A DNA stretch of 64,000 bases, taken from positions 32,001-96,000 of the IMG/VR virus record IMGVR_UViG_3300014059_000005; one strand, given 5' to 3'. Each line of letters opens with the position of its first letter. Position 1 is the stretch's first letter. Below, in pieces: positions 38,239-47,991 of this stretch. The translations under genes and the position numbers were made by a program. This DNA is from a virus. Its lineage: Duplodnaviria; Caudoviricetes. The notes under the pieces were generated by a model. It made no database searches, was not told the DNA's origin, and saw only the letters and a list, made by a program, of their open reading frames with translations.

Positions 38239-39279
38239 ATGCCGAAAGGCCGATGGAGCCAATCCGAGATGCGTTACCTGCGAGAGCACTGGTCTACAGA
38301 CGGATCCAAGGCGGTTGCCACCGCTCTTGGGCTCGACTGGCAGAACGTGCAACGCAAGGCGAAGCGGATGGGATTGGTTGCCAACAAAGAATCCCGCTAC
38401 AAGCGAAGTGGTGCCACCCTGGCGTCCCACAACTGCTCTAGTGACACCAACTACTTCACCAGGGACTGGTCCCCAAATCTGGCGTATATCGTCGGATACA
38501 TCTTTGCCGATGGCTGCATCTCCAAGAACTGGTACAGTCTGTGTTTCTTGTGCCACAGCAAGGACGAGGAGATCCTTGTAGCGATCCATAGGGAATTGAA
38601 CGTCGCCACGAAGATCCACAGGGATCCAGCAAGGGAATACGGAGGCCGGAAAAACGGACCCAGGACATACTTCAGCGTTAGCAATAAACGGTTGGTGTTG
38701 TCCCTGCAAGACCGCTTCGGGCTAGTCCCCCAGAAGTCCGATCTCGATCTGCCCATGCCGGAGATCCCGGACGCCTACGTCGGACATTTCGTCCGTGGCT
38801 ATTTCGACGGCGATGGACATATTGCCATGTCGAAAAAACACAACGGGGGTAATTTCAGTTTCGTTGGGACCGAGAAGTTTGTTCGGCAGATGTCTTCCGT
38901 TATTTGTCGTTTGATTGGCACCAATAGAGTTTGTGTGAGTTGTCAAAAAGGACTGTGGTCGGCCGCATGGACCCTACGGGACTCTTTGAAGAAGATCCAC
39001 AAGCTGATCTACCCAGAGGGAGACTACATCTACCTCTCTAGGAAGCGGCAGGTGTTCGATTCTCTGCTCCAGAGGGAAGTCAAACCCGTAGCGGTGCCCT
39101 GGACCCAGAAAGAGGAGGAATTCCTCCGTAAGTACTACAACGATGTTCCCTTTGGTAAGATTGCAAAGGCTCTGGGACGTTCCCAGTCCTCAGTATGCTA
39201 CAAGGTGGGGATCCTGGGTCTCGTAGCTGCTCAGAACAAGCCCAGGAAGAACCATGTGACAATGGAACCAATTACCTAA
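38239..39279 (+). CDS. Free-standing LAGLIDADG homing endonuclease with terminal HTH-like modules
   Basis: LAYIVGYIFADGCI and HFVRGYFDGDGHI motifs; W..E..YLR..(W/Y)...A.ALG repeats at both ends. Confidence 0.9.
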   Translation: MPKGRWSQSEMRYLREHWSTDGSKAVATALGLDWQNVQRKAKRMGLVANKESRYKRSGATLASHNCSSDTNYFTRDWSPNLAYIVGYIFADGCISKNWYSLCFLCHSKDEEILVAIHRELNVATKIHRDPAREYGGRKNGPRTYFSVSNKRLVLSLQDRFGLVPQKSDLDLPMPEIPDAYVGHFVRGYFDGDGHIAMSKKHNGGNFSFVGTEKFVRQMSSVICRLIGTNRVCVSCQKGLWSAAWTLRDSLKKIHKLIYPEGDYIYLSRKRQVFDSLLQREVKPVAVPWTQKEEEFLRKYYNDVPFGKIAKALGRSQSSVCYKVGILGLVAAQNKPRKNHVTMEPIT

Positions 39280-39292
39280 TAACGGAGAGAAA

Positions 39293-39829
39293 ATGTCCGC
39301 AAATCTCCTCGTCGATTTATCCAGTACAGGGGACTATGCGATCTCCATCGCATCCGCTACTGGCGTCGGTTCGACTCCTGCCTCCGGCGTCATCATCGGT
39401 GCCATCACCGATATGATCAACGCCAATACCTTCTGCAACATCTTCGTCGCGGGCGGGGCCACCAGCGGCCCTCTGGGCGTCCAGGTCCAGTGCTCCGACA
39501 CCACCACGTCGGGGTCGTTCACTGATCCGACGTCCGGCCTGCTCCAGATGCCGACCAACTTCTCGTCGGGCGGTATCCTCTGGGTCAACTCCGGTTTGTG
39601 GTCCAGTGGTAATCAGCCCCTGAGCCCTCCAGTGGACAGCGCTCCGATCTTCTGCTCGGGCGGCATCATGTTCGGGGCCTTCCAGCGACCACAGCGGTAT
39701 GCCCGACTGATCGCCCTGTCGGGGACCTTCACCGCCAACGTCATGGCGGGGTTCATCTCGAACCTCAAGATGACGGGGTCTGGCGCCGGCTACAGTCTTT
39801 CGCCCTCGTCCGGCGTGGTAAACGTCTAG
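39293..39829 (+). CDS. Putative capsid decoration/cement protein
   Basis: Follows the capsid gene; VQVQCSD...F.D...QRYARL beta-sandwich motif. Confidence 0.6.
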   Translation: MSANLLVDLSSTGDYAISIASATGVGSTPASGVIIGAITDMINANTFCNIFVAGGATSGPLGVQVQCSDTTTSGSFTDPTSGLLQMPTNFSSGGILWVNSGLWSSGNQPLSPPVDSAPIFCSGGIMFGAFQRPQRYARLIALSGTFTANVMAGFISNLKMTGSGAGYSLSPSSGVVNV

Positions 39830-39851
39830 TAAGACATTCAATGTCTCAAAT

Positions 39852-39890
39852 AGGAGGAGGACCGGGAGCACTTCTCGGTCCTTTTCCTTT
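39852..39890 (+). terminator. Probable intrinsic terminator
   Basis: AGGAGGAGGACCGGGAG / CTTCTCGGTCCTTTTCCT stem with T-rich 3' side. Confidence 0.6.
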
Positions 39891-39972
39891 GGATAGATCC
39901 AAAGCATCTCCCTCCCACTGGTCGGAAAATCGCCCCGGTGGGACAATGTGGTAGGACACCGGGAGCAACTCC

Positions 39973-40647
39973 ATGATTCTCAGCGACCTCCAAGAGTGTA
40001 AGAAGCTCCTCGACATCGACCCGGAGAACACCTCCGAGGATGTCAAGCTCTCCATCTACCTGGAGTGTGCTACCAACTGGGTCGAGACGTTCCTCAACCG
40101 CAAGCTAACTCGCAAGGAACGCACGGAATACTACAAGGGCACCGGCACCCAGAAGTTGCTCCTGCGAGTACGGCCCGTGTTCTTGCCCTTATCGGTGTAT
40201 GTGGATACCCAGAACGGTAACTGGGGCCAGTCCTCGGATTCCTTTGCCTCCACGACACTTCTGACTTATGGCTCGGACTACGTTCTCCAGGTGGACGACG
40301 AGAACGGCGATCGCTCCCAGTGTGGTATCCTGATCCGCCTCAAGGGGTACTGGCCCAAGCCCTATGCCCGTGTCACGGGGCTACTATCTCCCTTCATCAA
40401 TTTCGATCCAGGATCGGTCAAGGTCGTCTACACGGCAGGCTATACTATCGACACCCTACCAGCCGCCATCCGACTGGCCTGTGACTCCCTGGTAGCCGCC
40501 TACAGGTATGTCTTTCCCCTAGGCATGGTTCTCGACAATGAATCTTACGAGGAGCGGTCGATCCGCACTCACATCGAGAAGGCCAGGGACTACTGCTTCA
40601 TGGTAGCCAAGCCGCTGCTGCTACCTTATCGGAACTGGAACTTCTAA
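39973..40647 (+). CDS. Head-tail connector (gp6-like adaptor)
   Basis: L.ECKKLL.I...D..L..YL..A...VE.FLNR...VKVVYTAGY...LPAAIRLA. Confidence 0.8.
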   Translation: MILSDLQECKKLLDIDPENTSEDVKLSIYLECATNWVETFLNRKLTRKERTEYYKGTGTQKLLLRVRPVFLPLSVYVDTQNGNWGQSSDSFASTTLLTYGSDYVLQVDDENGDRSQCGILIRLKGYWPKPYARVTGLLSPFINFDPGSVKVVYTAGYTIDTLPAAIRLACDSLVAAYRYVFPLGMVLDNESYEERSIRTHIEKARDYCFMVAKPLLLPYRNWNF

Positions 40648-40944
40648 AGGGCATTCCAGGAAACTCAAATCCCAACACCCGATTCGAGGACTCCAGGTGC
40701 AATATGTTCGTTGTCTGGACCACCTCACCGCTCGATTCCTCCTGGGAGGAACGAGATCGTCAGATGGACTCCGCTGCGGGCAGGCCCAGCGACTCCTCCC
40801 AGGCATCCTTCACCACGGGGATGTCAGGTCCAGGACTACGCGAGCGGGGTTGGGTGATCGCTAACTTTGTCGAAGCAATCAGGATCAAGAATAAACTCAA
40901 TCACATCGACAAGGTACGAGCTATGGTACGGGAGGCTTAGACAC

Positions 40945-41235
40945 ATGATGGACCCCAAGAACCTGGAAGGTATTCGGGTGCTCACAACCGATGGGGAGGG
41001 CAATACTGTCTGTCGCTCCGAGATCATCTTGCGAAACCTCGATCCGAATGCCTACCCTGATCAGTCTGTGTACTACGACAAGATCCGGGACTTCCTGGAG
41101 GACTACCAGGGCATCCCCGAAGGCTTTGTGGCCAACAGCAGGCTGATCACCATCAACGAGGCAGGAACCGAGGTAAGGCAGGAGGTCCACAGCACCGAGG
41201 CGTACCCGGGGGCCTTTCTGAAAACTCAGGGATAG
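40945..41235 (+). CDS. Hypothetical protein
   Basis: ATG after GGAGG. Confidence 0.55.
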   Translation: MMDPKNLEGIRVLTTDGEGNTVCRSEIILRNLDPNAYPDQSVYYDKIRDFLEDYQGIPEGFVANSRLITINEAGTEVRQEVHSTEAYPGAFLKTQG

Positions 41236-41241
41236 GATTGC

Positions 41242-41529
41242 ATGATCCCAAAGGGGAAGAGTCTGGGGAACTGTCTCACAGGGGCTCTGTGGCTCCGGTG
41301 GAAGTTCGGGGGCCGTCTACGGGGACTCTTGTTGCAGCCTCATACCCCCAGGCACTGGGTTTGTGTGTTCCCAGATGGTCAGGTATGGCACTTTGGTCGG
41401 GTGCGGAACGTATTCCCCTGGCCTTTTAGTATTCTCCTGTTCGTGGGAAAGTACCAGAGGCTAGATGAAAATAGACCTAATTTTGGTCTGGATCATCTGT
41501 CGGACGCCGTGGTGGAGGAGAGAATATGA
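41242..41529 (+). CDS. Hypothetical protein
   Basis: GNCLTGALWL...HW...PWP..LLF.G motif. Confidence 0.55.
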   Translation: MIPKGKSLGNCLTGALWLRWKFGGRLRGLLLQPHTPRHWVCVFPDGQVWHFGRVRNVFPWPFSILLFVGKYQRLDENRPNFGLDHLSDAVVEERI

Positions 41530-42092
41530 CCGTAACGAGTGCCGAGAAACTGACCTCGCAGTCCCTGAAAGGCATGATCCCTGGTAAGGACTTCGACGCT
41601 TTGTTGTTCCGGGAGTTGGGGAGGTGGGCCGGCAAGTTCTACATCCCCAGGGCGGTGTCTACCTGTCGAGATGACGTTCTATGGCTCGTAGATGAGGTCT
41701 ACAGGCACTGTAGAGGGGTGCTGCCCCCTGGATCCGCCGAGAGGTTCCTGGAGTATGTGGAGGGCCTCTACGACCCACGAACGCTGTCTCGTGTGGTCCT
41801 GGAGTTCATCCTGCTGGATGGGAAGGTATCAGGCAGGTGTGAGGAGTCCGAAAAACTCATCGCAGCCCGCGATCAGTCGGCACGGGAGTGCCTCCGTCTG
41901 GCCGGGGAACTGGAGATGTGGTCTCTTAGCCTCCAGGGATATATCAAGGTGCTCAAAGGAGAGGCCACGGATCTCACGGGTATGGGTCTGGAGAGGATGG
42001 TCTTCGGTCATCTGGAGCGGATCCTGGGCAAGAAACTCGTGGACATCGAACCGTCTGACGCAGGAGGACCAGATGCCGCTCAACCCCAATAA
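41526..42092 (+). CDS. Hypothetical protein
   Basis: 188-aa ORF with GGAGGAG RBS and ATGA overlap. Confidence 0.6.
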   Translation: MTVTSAEKLTSQSLKGMIPGKDFDALLFRELGRWAGKFYIPRAVSTCRDDVLWLVDEVYRHCRGVLPPGSAERFLEYVEGLYDPRTLSRVVLEFILLDGKVSGRCEESEKLIAARDQSARECLRLAGELEMWSLSLQGYIKVLKGEATDLTGMGLERMVFGHLERILGKKLVDIEPSDAGGPDAAQPQ

Positions 42093-42465
42093 TGTGCGAT
42101 CGTTCCATAGAACTTTGTATAGTGGCATCTTAGAAACCGTCACCTTGCTCCAGCGTGACGACGGTATGAACGCCAGTCAAATTCGGACAGTCAAGCTCTT
42201 TAATGTAAGATGGAGTCGTGCCAGGAAGCGTGGTCAGCAACTCGATGGAGATGTATCCAGCGACCACAGACGGGAACTACACATCCCCCAGAGTGAGATG
42301 GACCGGGTAGGTGTCAAACACATCAACCCACTGTATCGGTTCATCGACAAGGATGGTAGATACTGGATGCCGGAATCCGATGATACGATCACCCAGCAAC
42401 TGATGATGCAGCACTGGTGCGTGCCCTGCCAGAGAACTGATCCCATCCCCACATCAGGAGTCTGA
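42073..42465 (+). CDS. Putative head-closure/neck protein
   Basis: ATG after AGGAGG; beta-rich; lies between adaptor and tail genes. Confidence 0.55.
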   Translation: MPLNPNNVRSFHRTLYSGILETVTLLQRDDGMNASQIRTVKLFNVRWSRARKRGQQLDGDVSSDHRRELHIPQSEMDRVGVKHINPLYRFIDKDGRYWMPESDDTITQQLMMQHWCVPCQRTDPIPTSGV

Positions 42466-42466
42466 C

Positions 42467-43057
42467 ATGGCGTTCCAGCGGGAGTACCAGGTCTTCGGGG
42501 AGTTCATGGTCTACGTCTTCGGTGGGGGCGGACTCTACGATGATCTGACCGAACTGGGACTAACGTCGGAGTCGATTGTCGTCCGGCCACGATACTTCCA
42601 CCAGCCCGTCCTGGCTTCCGATTTCGGCAGGGACACCCCGGCCGACGTCCTGTTCATGGGTGGTTATGTCGATCTGTACATGACCCTGGTCCACTTCGAT
42701 TTCGAGGTGTTGCAGGAGTGTATGGGCCTGGTCCTGGGCAACGGTGGGACGGCGGACGGAACATTCGGGCCTATGGGGCAACCACTTGGTGGGGGCGGAT
42801 CTCCCGGGTCTACGGTCAACAACTTCGTGTCGGTCAACCTCATGCCTCTAGGTGGGGCCGGGACCATCGCCCAGCCCTGGAGGTTCCGCCAATGCTACAT
42901 CAACGGCGATCCCCTGGAGATCCCGATGGGGACCGAGAAGTCGATGGTCCGTATCAACTGGCGGTGCATCCCACTGGTAGTCCCCAGCAGCAGCGGTGAC
43001 TGGGATGTATCCTCGGATGGAGCAGTGATTTTCGATCATGAGTTGGATGGACCTTGA
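42467..43057 (+). CDS. Tail-tube-like protein A (paralogue of 43190-43762)
   Basis: Y.V.GE.MV.V.G...LGL.SESI...MTLVHFD..VL..C...P.GTEKS.V...W..IP shared. Confidence 0.55.
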   Translation: MAFQREYQVFGEFMVYVFGGGGLYDDLTELGLTSESIVVRPRYFHQPVLASDFGRDTPADVLFMGGYVDLYMTLVHFDFEVLQECMGLVLGNGGTADGTFGPMGQPLGGGGSPGSTVNNFVSVNLMPLGGAGTIAQPWRFRQCYINGDPLEIPMGTEKSMVRINWRCIPLVVPSSSGDWDVSSDGAVIFDHELDGP

Positions 43058-43131
43058 TTGGATCCTGGACTGGATCCTGGATCTACCTCGATATTCCACA
43101 AAGGGTTAAAATCACAATTGTGTGGCGGAAG

Positions 43132-43146
43132 GGATCAACGGCGATC
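43132..43146 (+). promoter_or_regulatory. GGATCAACGGCGATC motif upstream of tail-tube-like gene B
   Basis: Identical to 36617-36631. Confidence 0.5.
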
Positions 43147-43189
43147 TCTCCCATCACTCACTGACAACACGGGCTAGGAGAGTTTGGAT

Positions 43190-43762
43190 ATGGCCAGACA
43201 GTACTTTGTGATGGGTGAAAGCATGGTTCTCGTCAAGGGGCGTTCCGATTCCGCCATCGGAACTCTCACTCAGCTTGGACTGTGCTCTGAGTCCATCCGA
43301 ATCACCATCGAGCAGGAACGCAAACCGATCATCGTCGATGCCTACGGTTCCAAACCTCCGGAGTCCCAGTTCTTCGGGGCAATGGCCAGGATCCAGATGA
43401 CCCTGGTCCATTTCGATCCGGCGGTCCTGGAAGTCTGTCTCCAGGAGTCCTGGGGTAGCTCCCCGGCCGCAGGGCAGCTGGGCCATGCTGGATCGCTCAT
43501 GGGCAATGGGCTGGCACTGTTCGCCGCAGGTGGGGTCAATGGCAACCACTTCATCTCTCTCAATATCCAGTCGGCGGTCGGTCAGACCTCATGGAATTTC
43601 CCTTGCTCCTACCTGGCCGACAACCCGATGGAATGGCCTTTGGGGACCGAGAAGTCTCTGGTCTCTCTGACGTGGGAATCGATTCCCTACTCCGTCGATC
43701 CGTGGAACAGCGGTAACGGAAGCTACGGCGTCCCGATCTACACGCACACGTTGAGTACCTAG
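43190..43762 (+). CDS. Tail-tube-like protein B (probable major tail protein)
   Basis: AGGAG RBS; directly upstream of chaperone and tape measure; paralogue of 42467-43057. Confidence 0.6.
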   Translation: MARQYFVMGESMVLVKGRSDSAIGTLTQLGLCSESIRITIEQERKPIIVDAYGSKPPESQFFGAMARIQMTLVHFDPAVLEVCLQESWGSSPAAGQLGHAGSLMGNGLALFAAGGVNGNHFISLNIQSAVGQTSWNFPCSYLADNPMEWPLGTEKSLVSLTWESIPYSVDPWNSGNGSYGVPIYTHTLST

Positions 43763-43822
43763 TCTACCTCCAATATCTCAAATACAGCGTTTACCGCTAC
43801 CCAGTCACCAGGTCACTACAAC

Positions 43823-44365
43823 ATGCTCCGAAAGTTTGTCAACTGGCTTCACAAGCGGATGAACCGCCTGCCCTACATGGAGTACGACTTCTACTCCCCT
43901 ATGGAGAGGGTGATCTATTCCTATTTCGATGGGCAGACGGTGGTCCAGGCCGACCCCATGATGCTGTTCCGAAAGCTGGCTGTTCGGCAGCAGGATATGG
44001 CTTTGTGGGCCAGGGTTGCCGACTCCCAGTCCAAGGACGCCGTGATGGCAGAGGACAAGTTCTTGGAGCACGTCCGGGCGATCTTCGGGGTCAAGCCGTT
44101 CGAGGGAGGAGGTCTGACGGTCCAGGAGACCAAGGACCTCCTGGACCACTTCTACGGGTATTGTGTGCTGCTAAAAAAAAATTCGAGCGGGTCTTCGACA
44201 ACTGCGGGGGCAACATCGGTGCCTACTGGGCAACCTACGTCGGTGTCGTCCGCAGAGTCCTCGCCTCCCCCTCCTACGAGGAACACTTCGCCTTCTGGGT
44301 CCTCCAGCGAAGAACCCTCTACCGACAGTCCTCTGCCGTCGCCTTCGGATGTCGTGTCGCCCTAG
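43823..44365 (+). CDS. Tail assembly chaperone (gpG-like)
   Basis: Between tube and tape measure; contains CTA AAA AAA AAT slippery run. Confidence 0.7.
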   Translation: MLRKFVNWLHKRMNRLPYMEYDFYSPMERVIYSYFDGQTVVQADPMMLFRKLAVRQQDMALWARVADSQSKDAVMAEDKFLEHVRAIFGVKPFEGGGLTVQETKDLLDHFYGYCVLLKKNSSGSSTTAGATSVPTGQPTSVSSAESSPPPPTRNTSPSGSSSEEPSTDSPLPSPSDVVSP

Positions 44366-44484
44366 GCTTCATCATTCCTGGAAGCGAGTATTACGAATCG
44401 ATCGCCACGGACGAAGAAGAAGCAAATCTACTACGCCGCCAGGACGACGCCTTGAGGAGGATCTTCGATGTCCAAAATCATTGA
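44173..44484 (+). CDS. -1 frameshift extension (gpGT-like) of tail assembly chaperone
   Basis: A9 run at 44173-44181; -1 frame open to 44484, overlapping the tape measure start. Confidence 0.7.
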   Translation, partial: KKKFERVFDNCGGNIGAYWATYVGVVRRVLASPSYEEHFAFWVLQRRTLYRQSSAVAFGCRVALGFIIPGSEYYESIATDEEEANLLRRQDDALRRIFDVQNH

Positions 44485-45934
44485 CTCCCTGGTGTGGGCG
44501 GCGTCCCAGCTCGCTCGCGCGACCAAGGCGATCTATTCTCTTCCTCATGATCTGACCACTGGTCTAACTAGAATTGTTTCGGACTTTGCCTCACAGTCCC
44601 AGCAGGATTGGTCGAATTTCAAAAAATGGGCTCAGTCACAGTTCTCCAAGCAGTCTGCTACAGGTGGCCCAGGACCGATTACCAATGTTGCCCAGTGGTT
44701 CAAGGATCTGGGTAATTGGGATGTTGGTGCCTGGGCTACCAAGGCCTGGCAATCGGTTGTTGCCAAGTCAGTCCCGGTGTGGACGAAATGGACAGCAGCT
44801 GGGACCACTCTCAACAACGTCGCAAAGACCTTCCAGGGACTTCTTAGATGGGCTGCTACCTTACTGTTCAAGATCCCGTTCCACCTTGCCAAGATGGGCT
44901 ATCAGAGTGCCCGGGGGACCGTAGCTAACCTGTACCGTGAGGGCGTAGGCAAGGAGGACGCCCGCACCGAGACCGCCAAGGCTTATCAGGGAGTCAAGGA
45001 CGCCGAAAGAGCACAACTCCTGGCGCCCTATGACCTGGCCTGGGCAAAGAGAAAAGAGGCGAAAGCTCTACGAAAATACCAAATAGCGCAGGCGAGCGTC
45101 AGTCTGAATCCGACGAATGCATCCCTGAAAAGAAAAGCGGTCGAGGCCCAGGCTAATTATCTGAACGCCCAGGCCAGGACATCGGAGGCCGAGGAGGCCC
45201 AGGCAGCCGCCCCCGAGAACATGGACAAGGCCCTGGCGAGGCTCAAAGCCGCCCAGAAGGCCCTGGGACAGACCAAGGGGGTCAGCGGTAAGGTTCTGGG
45301 CATCGGCAACGTCCTGGGTACGGCCGGGTCCACGGTGTCCAACGTCATTGGGGGGATCGCGGCCGGCGGGGCCTCGGGGGGAATCGGCGGAGCCCTGGGT
45401 GCTGCTGGGGGCATGATCTCCCGTCTCGGTGGTCCCTGGGGCATGGCCATTGGTGGTGTCATTACGATGGGTGCCACTGCCTTCAAGGTCACAGATACTC
45501 TAAGACGCTGGGGAGATGAACTCCACCGAAGCAATATGAGCCTCGCCGAATTCTCTGGCCTGATGGCGGGCGTGCAGGCCAGGAGGACGGTCCAGGAAGT
45601 CATCCTCTCCCGGCAGAAGGGCGACTACCTGTCGAAGTCCGCCGGTAGACTATCCGACGCCCAGATGGCCTCCGAGAGGGCGTGGGCTCCGGCCAAGGTC
45701 AAGTGGGACGAAGCCTGGAACGATGGACTGGCCGGAGTTTACAAGGGCTTGGAGTACCTGGCGGCTATCCACAACTGGCTGTTCAACATCGATCCGAATT
45801 TGCTCAATGGCAACAACAACGCCAATCCCGGCATGTCGTGGCTCGGGAACAACACTTTTGTGGATCAGGCCATTGCCCGCTGGGAGCAAGAGTATGGGCG
45901 TCCCGATCGGTTCATGAGCAATTACGGCCCGTGA
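44468..45934 (+). CDS. Tape measure protein (short)
   Basis: Ala/Gly-rich helical; Trp-periodic repeats; GGPWGMAIGG; follows the G/GT genes. Confidence 0.65.
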   Translation: MSKIIDSLVWAASQLARATKAIYSLPHDLTTGLTRIVSDFASQSQQDWSNFKKWAQSQFSKQSATGGPGPITNVAQWFKDLGNWDVGAWATKAWQSVVAKSVPVWTKWTAAGTTLNNVAKTFQGLLRWAATLLFKIPFHLAKMGYQSARGTVANLYREGVGKEDARTETAKAYQGVKDAERAQLLAPYDLAWAKRKEAKALRKYQIAQASVSLNPTNASLKRKAVEAQANYLNAQARTSEAEEAQAAAPENMDKALARLKAAQKALGQTKGVSGKVLGIGNVLGTAGSTVSNVIGGIAAGGASGGIGGALGAAGGMISRLGGPWGMAIGGVITMGATAFKVTDTLRRWGDELHRSNMSLAEFSGLMAGVQARRTVQEVILSRQKGDYLSKSAGRLSDAQMASERAWAPAKVKWDEAWNDGLAGVYKGLEYLAAIHNWLFNIDPNLLNGNNNANPGMSWLGNNTFVDQAIARWEQEYGRPDRFMSNYGP

Positions 45935-45943
45935 GAACTATCC

Positions 45944-47272
45944 ATGTCCATCCTCAAGTACAACGACATCACCCTGCCCTACTCGAACGTGACCCGTTTC
46001 TCCCAAGACGCGGTCTACGACGAGCAGGGCAATACCGACTGGTACTGCACGCGGTTCGACATCCAGGTGACGTGCTACATCAACCTGCAATATATCGAGA
46101 TGCTGAACCCCAGGTTCGCAACGGTCAACGCAGTATCCGGAGCGGCGGCGGTCATGAAGGCGATCCGCCAGGATCTCCTCCAGCCCAGAAAGCGTCTGTC
46201 CTTCGTCAGCAACGGGGTGGACTTGATCCCATCTCCGCAGGAGAACCCCAACGGCTCCCCCGTGGTCCGGGGGGTCATCGATGCCAAGAACGGTCCGCAG
46301 CCCCAATACTGCACCATCGATCCCGTCACCGACCACACCTTTATCCTCCAATTCGGGATCATCGCTCACTACTGGGAGACCAACACCAACACCATCACCT
46401 CTTCCGGGGTAAGCACGGTCAACCTGCGGGGCTGTCCAGTGCTCTACAACAGATGGTCCGAGACGGTGGAGATCGACAACTGTCAGTATTCCAAGAGAAC
46501 CCGCGAGGGGAAGTACATCATCCGATCGGACAACTACGAGGGCAAGACGGTAGACCAGTACCGGGCACAATTGGCCGTGCTCATGGTGCCCAAGGGGTTC
46601 CTGCGAGAGTCCGCCCGGTACACCGTATCCCCAGACGGCCTGGCACTCCAGTACACCATCGTGGACAAAGAGCACTATAAGCTGCCCCCGGAGTTCGCCT
46701 ACGAGGCCCACGGGGAATATACGGGCACGTCGGCCAACGGCGGTGGAAGCCTTACGGGAGAGGTTCGACTGCGACTCAGGGGTGGCCGCAACCCGAGATT
46801 CGGGAATCAGGACGACCTGGTGACCATTGCGGTGGTATTGTGTACCGCCAAACTGATGACGACCGCCAACGGGCCGGTACAGATCCGAACATTCCGAATC
46901 AAAACGGATATGTTCGACAATGCTGTGGATTTGTATATGTGCGCCATGATGAACGTGATCAACTCCCAGGTAAACGGGGTCGCCAATCTGACCAGCACCT
47001 ATAACGACAATTTTTTGAACAACATTACCTTCACTCCGTTGGTGGACGACAGCCCGGTCGGGGAGGACCCACCGACGTACACCGCACGCGGATCAGCACG
47101 TCTACTCCTCCAGGCGGCAGCGTATTACGATCCCAATCTAGCCAACGTGCCTGATCTCAAACCCGGCAAGGTTAGCGTGTCCTACGACGAGGACGTGCCT
47201 ACCATAGGGTCTCAGCAGAACACGGGTAAGAGGGTTCCCGGCGAAGCCGGGAGATATGGAGAGGATAGCTAA
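45944..47272 (+). CDS. Tail tip/distal tail-like protein
   Basis: 442-aa ORF after tape measure; SPDGLALQYTIVDKE motif. Confidence 0.55.
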   Translation: MSILKYNDITLPYSNVTRFSQDAVYDEQGNTDWYCTRFDIQVTCYINLQYIEMLNPRFATVNAVSGAAAVMKAIRQDLLQPRKRLSFVSNGVDLIPSPQENPNGSPVVRGVIDAKNGPQPQYCTIDPVTDHTFILQFGIIAHYWETNTNTITSSGVSTVNLRGCPVLYNRWSETVEIDNCQYSKRTREGKYIIRSDNYEGKTVDQYRAQLAVLMVPKGFLRESARYTVSPDGLALQYTIVDKEHYKLPPEFAYEAHGEYTGTSANGGGSLTGEVRLRLRGGRNPRFGNQDDLVTIAVVLCTAKLMTTANGPVQIRTFRIKTDMFDNAVDLYMCAMMNVINSQVNGVANLTSTYNDNFLNNITFTPLVDDSPVGEDPPTYTARGSARLLLQAAAYYDPNLANVPDLKPGKVSVSYDEDVPTIGSQQNTGKRVPGEAGRYGEDS

Positions 47273-47956
47273 ATGGCTGCACCCCCTCAAAATAACAACG
47301 CTACCCAGGCAAACGCCGCCTCGTACTTCAGTGTGGGTACGGGGCCGGTGACCCCCAACGGGGATAGCGGGAAGTATGACACCAGCAAGACCCGAAACCC
47401 CGGTATCTGGACCGACTGTCAGATCATCAACCGCTACGAATCCGATCGTCGGATCTACATGATGTCTCTGTGCTTTCCCAGGCCTGGCGGTGAGCGGATT
47501 CTCAGTACCGCAGGGGCGGGTGTGTCCCAGCACAGTACAGCCACCATTTCCAACACCTCTTCCTCCAAGCCATCTGTAGCGTTCGTTCAGTTGGGATCAC
47601 CGACCCTGTTGTGGATTTGTGACTGGACGGTCTGCCGCACCAGCGCAAAGCCCATCGCTCCCGATCCTGATCCTGGGGACTCCAACTGGGTTCTTCTCGA
47701 CGAGTGGATCGAGCCAGTCAAGATCGTGGTTCTGGACGACGCCCAGACGCCCGTGTACCGCTTGAGCGGGACCTACTTCTACGGGCACACCAACCCAAGC
47801 GCGAACCCCATCGACAACATGAACTTCCCACGACCTCCCTGGCTCCAGAACGCCTTCAGCCGAAATATCACCAAGGACATGTTCGATTCTGGGTTATCGA
47901 ACGACTCAGGAATTGCAGGTGGTGGGGGACATCCTGCACAACCAATCACTCAGTAA
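47273..47956 (+). CDS. Tail-associated hypothetical protein
   Basis: 227-aa ORF, coupled. Confidence 0.55.
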   Translation: MAAPPQNNNATQANAASYFSVGTGPVTPNGDSGKYDTSKTRNPGIWTDCQIINRYESDRRIYMMSLCFPRPGGERILSTAGAGVSQHSTATISNTSSSKPSVAFVQLGSPTLLWICDWTVCRTSAKPIAPDPDPGDSNWVLLDEWIEPVKIVVLDDAQTPVYRLSGTYFYGHTNPSANPIDNMNFPRPPWLQNAFSRNITKDMFDSGLSNDSGIAGGGGHPAQPITQ

Positions 47957-47991
47957 GGTATCCACAAACCACGGAGCAGGGGACATAAGAG

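Noticed and set aside
38134-39292. Group I intron or intein hosting the LAGLIDADG
   Set aside because: The capsid gene ends normally, the ORF has its own RBS and start, and no intein termini or intron core could be identified
42899-42912. Third ATCAACGGCGATCC match
   Set aside because: Lies inside a CDS (INGDP) and not at the conserved distance from a start; probably coincidental
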